DNA from: Nemertoderma westbladi
Lineage: Eukaryota; Animalia; Xenacoelomorpha
Direction of reading: 5' to 3'
Assembly (NCBI GenBank): GCA_032718475.1
Contig: JAUCBJ010007300.1
Span: 62,001 to 126,000, forward strand
DNA length: 64,000 nt
The position numbers and the translations under genes are program-made. Shown here in pieces: positions 51,301 through 63,300 of this stretch. Within the stretch, counting starts at the first letter, position 1, and the number at the start of each line of letters is the position of its first letter. The notes under the pieces were generated by a model. That model made no database searches. It saw only the letters and a program-made list of their open reading frames with translations, and was not told the origin of the DNA.

Positions 51301-54300
51301 CAATCAAATAAGTTTTTATGAATAAATAAAATGTAAGACTCTATTGTTTAGACTTTAATTTTTGACTTGACTTAATTGATGGTAAGTCACCCTGTTGAAT
51401 GTAGAGACTATTTCTGTGACATAACATACTTCAAATAACAAGTGGATGAATGTCCACAAAAGGAGAGCACAGGTAGCACGTAGCAAATATTACTAAACAT
51501 GGTCTGTTTACATGATTAAAACGACCCATAATGCTAAATAAAGCATAATGCTAAAACAGCCAACAGCCATATAACTGCCCCTGCTGACCCAGTTGTAACA
51601 CCAATCCGGATAATACACTCGCTGTCCAATACCATCTTCTCATCCATCCGTGATGATGGTCTGAATTATCATTATTAATAAAATTAGTTAATAAAGGATA
51701 ATTAACCATTTAGGCAGTAGATATAAATGATGATGAAGTATTTATTCCAAATGTTTTGCAAACTGGAGATCTTATCCATCCGTCATGATTCTCTAAATTT
51801 TCATAATTTGTTAATAAAGGATAATTAACCTTTTAGGCAGTAGATATAAATGCTGATGAAGTATTCTTTCCAAGTATTTTGCAAACTGGGGATGATGTTT
51901 GCATCTATTACTATTGCGACAGTTGTATCAACTCTGATCAATCAGATGTAAACTTTGGGAAATCATTCTTCTTTGTCAGTTATGGAATTTCCCAAACTGT
52001 GAGTTTCGAAGCTAATAGAATGTAATTTGGTTTGGTTAAATAAATAGTTAATAATAAGATAAATAAGATAAACACTTTACATCCTGTTAACAGTAGATAT
52101 TATATCTACTGTTTGTTACTTGGATGTTGGTCCCATAGATAATAAATAGATCTTTATTATTTAGGGTACTATGATGACAATTCAATAGCTACAATAACCA
52201 ATTTTTTTTATTACCAGAATGCCGGGTCAATCGTGACCAGAACTTCTCTTTATAACAGCTGTCTATTATTTAGGGTACTAGGATGACAATTCAATAGCTA
52301 CAATAACCAATTTGTTTTATTACCAGGATGCCGGGTCAATCGTGACCAGAACTTCTCTTTATAACAGCTGTCTATCTCGTGCCTTTTCTATTCCACATCC
52401 ATTGAAGCCTAAAGAGATGCTAATTACTGAAGGAGATGACAAATATCCTGATCTTGTTGAAACAGTTGGTGAGGCAACTGATGACGCAACTTATGCTAAC
52501 CATGTTGTTATTTCGGTGGGAAGTTAGTATAACTCCATAATACTGTAATTTAAATTTCCCTATTCCTGCCAAACAAAAAGCTACGAACACCGCTCTGCAC
52601 ACCACTCTGCACACCGCTCCGTTCATAACGAACGATATAATTGATGCCACAGAGCCTTAAACACCCTCCCCCATATGCCTCGCTCAGTTTATCTGACTTA
52701 AGCCCGCTAATCAGATGCAATTCACGGTGACAGGCGACCACGCCTGTCACTGTTACACCGGTAGGCCCTAGTGCATAAGAATCATACTGTCATATGATTT
52801 TATATTTATCAGTTTAGACTAAATATGAGTGACGAGAGTTACAGCGATTCCGACGTTGCTATGGCTACAGGTGTTAGTGTTGTTGGTGACTGCGCGGTGA
52901 CAGCACTGTGACAGCTCGGTGACAGCAATTGCAATGCTATTCAATCACAATATTTCGGTTTTTGGTAACAGCTCTGTGAAAACGCAGTGACAGCGCTGTC
53001 ATAGTGCGTTCAAAATGCAACGCAAACCACGACGCTGTCACCTTGAAGTGTATCTGTGGACCGGGCTTTATGCGTGAAGATATTCCTCCTCTACATTTGT
53101 TATGCAATGGGAGGCGTTATTGTTTCTTTCCTCATCCAACAAGTAAATTATATTATGGCGGCATACGATAAAGACAAGAAAAGCGAGTCAATGCACTGGC
53201 GTTTTATATCAAAATAAACCCTAACTTAAATTCACCAACAGTATGCAATACTGCCCAATAGAAAAGACTTCTGAATAGATAGCAGGGCATGGGAGTGCAA
53301 TGCAATGCAATCTCTAAATCTTGATCCAGTTTGCATACTTTTCCAATCCAAGGACTCTGATAGGGGCATTTCTTAGTTCATTACATGGGCATATAAATAT
53401 TCTAGAATGTTAATGTTCATAATTTATATATATATATATTTATTTTAATGGTAAATTAACTTCAAGATTTCAATATTATATGTTGATATTGTTGATATTA
53501 TTGTTGAAGTTATTAATTTTAGATATTTTAATTGTGATTTGGTTGTTTTGGATGTGATTTATAAACTTGTCTTTATAACATTAACCCAGGTCAATAAGCA
53601 AGAAAGCAAAACAAACAGTTGGCCGAGGCGACCGAAGGCTCCTCTTTCAATAGCTGATACCTAAGGGAAGGGGTGGTCGCTACTCATATAGCTTGTTTTG
53701 CACCCAGTAATTTTGGATACTGGCGGGGCTGAACCTACAACCAATAGATTGCAGGCCCCACCTGAGCCTGAGCTACCCCACCACTGTGTTGTCAATAAAC
53801 TGTCTCAATCTAATGTTTGTTCAAGTGAAATGTTTTTTTCTCATCCAGGACAATCTGAAATCGTAATACCATTGTCATACAAATCTCTTGGTGGGAGTTA
53901 TATAATTACTATGGTCGCCTACAATCATGTGTCAATTGAACATGCTCAGCAGCCCTTCACCTCACAGCGGCCGATTGTTTGCAACTATCCACAAATTAAT
54001 TTTGATAACAGAAAAATTCTCTATTTCGATCCATATATCACGTTTAAAAGCAAAGCCGTAGTTGTGAGTACCAATGTATAATAATATTTATGAACTATAT
54101 TTTTTATTCATAAGTATGTCTGAAATGGGTAATGGTGAAAAATATCGAGACTTGAAAAACATCGAGAGTAAAAATAACGAGAGTAAAAATATCGAGAGTA
54201 AAAATAACGAGTGTTGAAAATTAACGTGATTAAAAAACATCGAGAGTAAAAATAACACGAGATGAAAAATATCGAAAATAACGAGTGTTGAAAAATATCG

Positions 54301-57300
54301 AGTGTTGAAAAATATCGAGAGTAAAAATATCGAGTGTTGAAAAATATCGAGAGTAAAAATATCGAGTGTTGAAAAATATCGAGAGTAAAAATATCGAGTG
54401 TTGAAAAATATCGAGAGTAAAAATATCGAGTGTTGAAAAATATCGAGAGTAAAAATATCGAGTGTTGAAAAATATCGAGTGTTGAAAAATATCGAGAGTA
54501 AAAATATCGAGTGTTGAAAAATATCGAGAGTAAAAATATCGAGAGTAAAAATATCGAGAGTTAAAAATATCGAGAGTAAAAATATCGAGTGTTGAAAAAT
54601 ATCGAGTGTTGAAAAATATCGAGTGTTGAAAAATATCGAGTGTTAAAATATCGAGGTAAAAATATCGAGTGTTGAAAAATATCGAGTGTTGAAAAATATC
54701 GACTGTTGAAAAATATCGAGTGTTGAAAAATATCGAGTGTTGAAAAATATCGACTGTTGAAAAATATCGAGTGTTGAAAAATATCGAGTGTTGAAAAATA
54801 TCGAGTGTTGAAAAATATCGAGAGTAAAAATATTGCATTTTACTTGAGCATTTTATTTAGAATTATGGAACAATATTGCAGTGCATGGGTTACAACAGTG
54901 CAAGTGAATGGCATTATGTAATACACCTTGGGTACCCATTTACCAGATTTATTATACTAGCTAGTTTTTGCTATTTTTTTAATAAATATTATAAAAGAAG
55001 TGCTAGCTATAAATTTTGATAAATATTATAAATATTGTTAAATATTATATTAGAACACGTACTGTATAAGCTACCAAATGTTGATAAATATTGTTGTTCT
55101 AGAACATTTTTAGTAAAAAAAATTATCATACAACCCTAATTTTAAAAAATTGTTACTATCGATATTTTTACTCTCGATATTTTTCAACATTCTATATTTT
55201 TCAACACTCGATATTTTTACTCTCGATATTTTTCAACATTCTATATTTTTCAACACTCGATATTTTTACTCTCGATATTTTTCAACACTCGATATTTTTC
55301 AACACTCGATATTTTTACTCTCGATATTTTTCAACACTCGATATTTTTACTCTCGATATTTTTCAACACTCGATATTTTTACTCTCGATATTTTTCAACA
55401 CTCGATATTTTTACTCTCGATATTTTTCAACACTCGATATTTTTACTCTCGATATTTTTCAACACACGATATTTTTACTCTCGATATTTTTCAACACTCG
55501 ATATTTTTACTCTCGATATTTTTACTCTCGATATTTTTCAACACTCGGTATTTTTACTCTCGATATTTTTACCCTCGATATTTTTACTCTCGATATTTTT
55601 TGAACTCTCGATATTATCGTTATTTTTCAACACTCGATGTTTTACTCGCGTTATTTTTACTCTCGATATTTTTCATGTCTCGATATTTTTCAATATAACC
55701 CTGAAATGACTATTTCGAGTATTTTGAAGTACATGTTTTTTTTTTTCGGTTGCATGTTTGCTTGTCTGTGTTATTATATTTACAGATTTCTGCGAAGATA
55801 CAACTTATATGTGAAAAATTGGACAATACAAAATCGTGGTATTACACACAACTAAATCCTATTAATGGCAAAGCAATCGGGGATCGACAACTTATTAGTA
55901 CGTTGATTATTATTATTTATTTTATCCTTATACCTAGCAACCGCTGTTATAAACACACTTAATATCTAGAGCATTTACACCAAAGTGGTCTCTATCAATG
56001 ATAGACAATCCAATGAATCCAGTCCCGAGGCACTGTAGCCATAGCAACCGTTGTTAGGGGCAGTAACCGTCGCTCAACGCCATATCTAACACCAATTTAA
56101 GCACTACTGTGACTCTACCCCCATTTTATCAAGGTTATTCAAATTGGTTTCAAGTCACAGTTATCATGATAACCGTTGCAAAGTCCAATAGGATCTCCAT
56201 TGCCCCCCTATCAACTAGCGATATAAGCATTATATGACTATGATATCAAGATATATATATTCCACTGTACCGTAACTGATCTCTTTAAGTGACTATTGCC
56301 CCGACCAGTCATTAAAAGATACAGATATCGCACCCAAGTACATAGTTATAATACAATACGTTATGAGTGTGAAGACCTTCGGATACGTAAGTGGAAGGCA
56401 TGGGGAGTATTTAATAGTCTGACCAGGATTTGGAAGTCACATAGAATAAAACGGAACTTCAAGGTTCGATTATTTAGGGCAGCAGTAGCACCAGTACTCT
56501 AATATGGGAGAGTCAATGCTGGGCTCTAACTGCAGAGGATACCAAATATCTGGATGGCACTTTCACAAGAATACAATGATGTGATGATCCAACTACTACT
56601 ACTAGGATCGGCATGCTGCATTGCAGCTGCAATTTTAAGAATGCTGTGCTGGCTTGTCGACAAAATTGTGCCGCCACAACTCCCCATCACCCATGAAATT
56701 TGCTAGATCATCCGCATCTTCTAGGCCAGTGTCCTTTAAGATGCGTCTCAAGAAATTCATGGGCTGTCCACCATTTTTATTCACTCCATGAGGCTGCCAA
56801 AGCACAAGATTATACACTGGGTGGTCCTCACAGCGAAAGCAATGCCCTGCAAAGCAGAGTTGACTTTGTTCTAGTGTCAAGCTTGGGGGAACCAATGAGA
56901 CACCTCCAATGTTATATAGTGTCTGGTTGGAGATGTGTGCATTGTACTTAACACAATGAATCCGGCATAGCATTCTTGTGAATGTGCCATCCAGAGATTT
57001 GGTGTCCTCAGCAGTTAGAGCCCAGCATGGACTCCCATAGAGGAGTACTGGAACTACTGCTGCTCTAAATAATCGGACCTCAAGTTTCCGAATAATTCTT
57101 GGTGACTTCCAAATCCTGGAAAGCCAATTCAAGGCTGCCCATGCCTTTCCCTTACGTATTCGAAGGTCCTCACCTGACTTCCGGATCCATGATCCCAGGT
57201 AACAGAAGTAGTCCACATGCTCAAGCATACCATCCTTTGAGCTTATGCTCATCCGATCAGAGACTTGCTGAGGACTTTCAAAGTTAACTGTCAAAATTTT

Positions 57301-60300
57301 GGTCTTTCTGAAGTTAATAAAAAGACCAACACTAAAAGCAGCATGTTCTAATGAGCTGAGGAGCCTTTGGGCTCCCTCTAGTGATTCTGAGAGTACTCCT
57401 AAGTCATCAGCAAAGTCTAGATCAGTTAGGTACTTGGCAGGATTTCCTCGACTTCAGGAGCCAGTAGGTGGAGTTATCATCACCCCATCATCATTATGAT
57501 GATCTAAGGACATGCGTAGAACATAGTCAACCACAATTATGAACAAGAATGGTGCAAGTGTGTCTCCCTGGAGGACGCCCCATAATACTTCAAATGGTTC
57601 TGTGTCACCGTCAACAGTAGACACAAATGTTGTCGAACCATCGTATACTGATCTGATTGCTGCAATAATTTCATCAGGAATCCCATATAATGAAAGTATG
57701 CTGGTGAGCACAATACACGTTGGCTGACTGAAAAGCGCGAGCCATTATCAACAAGCAGATACGTGATTGGCGCAAGTTTGTGACGCTGCTTCCCAGTGGA
57801 TAGTTCTGGGACTTCAGACTCTGATGTCATTTCTTGGCTTTGCTCCTGATAATGCCTTCCTTCCTATCCCGTGAGGCGAAATTGGTCATCTGACTGCCGT
57901 CAGATGATCACTGATTGGTTTCATTCATAAATGAAACGATATCACATATTATTATTATACTTAATAAAAGCAAACACAATTAGACACAAAAGGATGTAGG
58001 ACAATTCGGTCCCGGACAATTCGGTCCCGGACAATTCGGTCCGGACAATTCGGTCCCGGACAATTCGGTCCCGGACAATTCGGTCCCGGACAATTCGGTC
58101 CCAAAACACTAAATAAATGGGACCGAATTGTCCGGGACCGAATTGTCCTAGGACCGAATTGTCCTAGGACCGAATTGTCCGGGACCGAATTGTCCGGGAC
58201 CGAATTGTCCGGTTCCTGATAGCAACTTTTTAGTGCTTTTTGATATTGGTGAATGTTCTAGAACATTAGTAGAGATATTTGTTATGGTAGCTAGTGTTAT
58301 TTACTTGCTAGAATTTTTTGAAATTTTAAAAATACTGTATTTTTTTTTATTTTTGTTATTGGTAGTGTTCGAGAACATTATTATATATTATTTATTAAGG
58401 TGTAGCTAGTGTTTTTTTTTACTAGCTAGCATTTCCTTGAAATTATAAAAACCTGTGAAAACAATGATATTTCAGAATTAGGCCTAAACTGTTGCTGATT
58501 ATATTAATTACCAACAATATTGATGATATTATAACAGTCCCTGAATGAGATCCAGCTATTATCTGGGATAATAATTTAGGCTTGTTAACCAACCAACAAC
58601 ACATACAGTATACTTACGCAATATATTAAAAAAATCAGCTTTAAACATTTTAAATACATACTATTACTAGCTAGTAAATAATTCACAAGCTCCATAAAAA
58701 CACCATAGCTACCATAAATAATAATGTTAACAAAAAAAAGTAAATTTTTTTTATTAAAAAAAAAATACTAGCTAGTAAATAATTCACAAGCTCCATAAAA
58801 ACACCATAGCTACCATAAATAATAATGTTAACAAAAAAAAGTAAATTTTTTTTATTAAAAAAAAAATACTAGCTAGCAAAAAAAACACTAGCTACCATAT
58901 AATAATATATATTAAGGTTCTAGAACATTCTCCATTATATAGTACAGTACCAATTAAATTTGGTCCCGGACAATTCGGTCCCGGACAATTCGGTCCCATT
59001 AATATGCATGTTTTGGGACCGAATTGTCCGGACCGAATTGTCCGGGACCGAATTGTCCTGCTTCCGACACAAAATAATAATATATTAAGCTTGTGGCCCT
59101 AACATTACCTAAATCAAATGTCAATTAATGAATATCTATACAGTGTCTATCTAGCAACATTTGTCATGGTAACTGTGACTGGAAACAAGTTATCAATGAA
59201 CATACTATGTACGATACAGTGGTGGTATGTTGAAACAGTATCATCATATAGTCATAGAATGCTTAGGTCTCTGGTTCCTATGATATTCTACAGTTGTAAT
59301 TAATTCCCTTAGCAACGGTTGTCATAATAACTGTTACCCGAATTCAAGTTCAATACGTGATATATATACTGAGGGAATATGTTGATACTGAGATCGTATT
59401 ATGCATAAGTTGGTGTTTACTAAGGCGTGAACCGAAGATTACTGCCCTTAGCAACTGTTGCCATGGTAACAGTGATTTGAGAAAGAGCTCATCGAATTCG
59501 CAATCATTGGTTTAGTCAAGTTTGGGGTAAATCCTGGAACCATTGCGTTTTTAAAACATGGCAGCTGCAGATAAGCACCCCGGTAACCAAGGGTAACAAG
59601 ATTTATGAGAAATGCTCAAGGTTGTAGGGGCGACACCTTCCCAAATGTTGTTTAGTAGGGTCTAATGAGTACGGAACCGATGAAACATTTTATGGTTATA
59701 AAAAGCACGGTTCACCAAAATCTATGCATTTTGCTGCCGGACTATTACTTTCTCATAAATTATTACTTAAGTTATCAGAAATAGCCACCAACATAGGATG
59801 TAGTCTACTGCTGCTGCTGCAGTTTGTGTAAGTTCATTTACTTTACACATTCTGGTTGAGTGTACATTAAATAGAACATGCAACAAGATATAATTTATTA
59901 TATTTAATATAATGATTATCACATGACACATCTGGCCATACCAGTTTTCAACTCTTCCAGGGTATGGCTCATCACTGTCATCAGGTGCATCCAGGATAAC
60001 TATTAGACAAGAGATAGTAACCTGTAATAAAAAATACTGTAGTTATTACAAAAATGAAACTAATTAACATACAAATTTTGTTATATTGCTCCCACATAGT
60101 TTTTGGAACAAATGTTTCCATTATCAGGTAGTACATCTAATGGGTATTCTACTATGGTATTTCAAAGAGCAAGATAAATTAATAATTTGAAGTTTCGGAT
60201 ATGTTGTACCTTGTCACACATTGCAAAATAACTCCATATAAACATATGGTGCATCGTTCAATGTTTAATATTGTATATTTATATTTTAATTGCATTTTGG

Positions 60301-63300
60301 CTATGTGAGAGTATGGATTTAAACAAGATTTAACATATTTTCATGAAATTTTTGTTTAAATATAATTTTAACAACTATTTCTTACATAATTCATTGGAAT
60401 CAGCAGCATTATGCATTTTTAAGGAGTAGTACAATGGATTGTTCTACTCATAAAATTTCGTTCTAGAAGAAATATTTTTTATAATATTTGTTATATTTAA
60501 TAAATTGGTTTATTATCTATTAGCATTAACCCTATTAGTACCGGGCTATAAAATGTTGTACAAATACCGGGGGGGGGGGGTCATATTAACCCCCCCCCCC
60601 CCCCCTCTAAAATCTACAAATATTTACGAAAACGTCTGATTTTTTGTTTGTACGTAGGTATCACTTGTCTGGATAAGACCGAAAAAAAAAATTTTCGAAA
60701 AAATGTACTGGGGTGGTTATATTTCAGCACCAAAATTACAAGTAGTGCACAATTTTCACAAAATTTGAAAGTTACATTTTCGGCTAATTATTTTTCAATA
60801 CAGGTTTTTTGGGGTGCAAAATACATTGGAAAATATTTAAAATTGATATGATTACTATAAATGGTTGTTTAGTCCTCTCTGTGTAGGAAAAAAATGAAAA
60901 AAACAAGTAACCAGCACTTTTCAGTTAGAACACAAAATTTTGAATTCACTTATACGATGCTATAAATTCACATTTTCAGGTTTTCGAGGGCGCTGATTCT
61001 AATGGAATACATTTCTAATATGCCAGATCATTGCTACTTGTATTTTTCGGCGTAATTTGGCAAATTTTGGTGCAAGCACCAAATTTCGTACCCATCACCA
61101 AAAAGTACAAGTTTGCGATGTCCAGTGCTGTTTTTATTGATTCCATCGGATTCAGGACCCTCATAAACCCGTATAACACAAGAAACAAGGTGATACTATC
61201 TACTTATCAATTTGCATATTTTTCAAAATTTGGTGCTGGCACAACAATTTTCACCCACCGGCGAAAAATACAAGTTTGAGAACTCTTATGAAATTTTTAC
61301 TGATTCCATTGAATTCAGAACCATCACAAACCCGTATAACGCAAGAAACAAGGTGACACAATCAATTGATATATTTGATGGTTTTCAAAATTTGGTGCTA
61401 GCACCACATTTTGCACCCACATCCGAAAAATACAAGTTTGAGATGTCTAGTTCGATAATTATATTTTCCATTGAATTCAGAACAGCCATAAACCTCTAAA
61501 AAGTAAGAAATAAATTGTCACAAGCAATTTTATATATTGAAAGGATTTTCAAAATTTCGTGCTAGCACCAAAATTTGCACACAGCACCGAAAAATACAAG
61601 TTTGATACGCTTGGTGCAACTCGTATATATTTCATCGAATCCAGAACCCCAAAAAACCCCAATTGCGTAAAAAACAAGTTTCAAACAATCAATTTACAAA
61701 ATTGACTTAATTTCAAAATTTGGTGCTGGCACCAAAATTTGGTACCCATCGAAAAAAAACAAGTTTGAATTTTCTAAATCAATTTATATGAATTCCATCC
61801 AATTTCTAACACCAAAAAACCGGTGTAAATCAAAAATAGAGATGTTACAATTCATATTTAATGAAATGTAATTTTCAAAAAACGTCTCAAAAAAAGTGCC
61901 AAAAGTAGGGTTAAAAAATGGTGCTATAACTCGAAAAGTACCCAATATTTTCGAAAACGGTTTTCACTACCATGAAGACAATAGATTTGTAGGAAAAGTC
62001 ATAAAATTTCAGATTCCCAACTGCGTTTGTTTCAGAATTATAATAAAAAAACCACGGGGGGGGGGGTCATATTGACCCCCCCCCCCGGGTTTAATAGGGT
62101 TAATAGCTACAAATTTGAATGGCAGCTAGTGATTTTGCAAGTTAATAATTTAAATAAAAATATGTAAATGTTTTAACCTTTAGCTGATTGGAAGGGGTTT
62201 GATGAAACCGATCTAACTATACCGGAGAGACAACTGGACTATGGTCTCTACAGATTTGAGTTCAACGTGCGGATGCATATATCTCAGGACCCTGTATTTC
62301 AAACAACACGGTTGGTTAATTAACACTATTGTGTTAATTAACTCTATTGTGTTAACACTCAATTTATTGTATACTTTCAATTGAATCTTTAGAATCATAA
62401 TTTTTTACAAAACCGCCTACTCTGAAGACGAAAGTAAACAATGTAAAGATACACGTTATAATTTTTTTTAATATTTAACAGAATTACATTGATATCCACG
62501 ACTAATAAATTATAATATAAAAATATTACGGCTTGAATGTTAGGTTTATTATTTGAAATGCCCTCACTAAATTAATTACAATATGATGATTTCTTTTAGA
62601 GATACTATTATTCGGATGACGGCAACCCCATTTGAATCAAGGATTACTGATTCTGCAGGAAATAAACTGGTTGCTGGACAGAATCAGATGATACGAATGA
62701 GACCCGATCATTATTCCGTGGATCCAGATCAGGAACCAGGAACTGTACATGTATGTAACTTCAAGAAAATGAAATGTAGTAAATTAAATTTATGTATGTA
62801 TCCAGGACATGTATGTAGTACGTATGTATCTCCGAAATCACAGTATGTAAATATTTGGTACTAAGACCGCTAAAAATTGAAAGTAAAAACTAAAACAAGA
62901 TCCAGATCAACAATAAAGTAAAAAAACAACAACTAATCAGCTAATTGTAGCATATGTATATTATGGCAAAATGTGCTCCTGAACAGGCTCCCACATCAAG
63001 TAGAATAAAAGCCAAGTAAATATTCCCACCCCCGTTTCCCATATCAAGTCCGTAATTAAGAAGCTCTTAGCTTCTTTCCTTTCCTTTTCCGCGGAATTTT
63101 GGACATGGTGAGAAAAACAAACGTGTTGTGGCATTTAGCTCTCTGATTGGCTAGAGCTACAATATCATGTACGGGGACTACAATTAATTAGTTAGCACAC
63201 TACTGGGAAGAGCTATTCAGCTGGCGGGATAAGTTGGCAAGTACTATACTTCTCTGCTGTTTGGGCCTATCCATTCAATCAATAGTAGTAGCTTACTAGG

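Noticed and set aside
53592-53770. Possible SINE or LINE-tail fragment
   Set aside because: Looks repeat-like, but no A/B boxes, TSD or second copy in the window
54230-55698. 202-aa and 182-aa ORFs
   Set aside because: Translations of inverted 15/17-bp arrays
60128-60180. Possible host exon
   Set aside because: In-frame stop; splicing 55897 to 62184 already gives a continuous REJ frame
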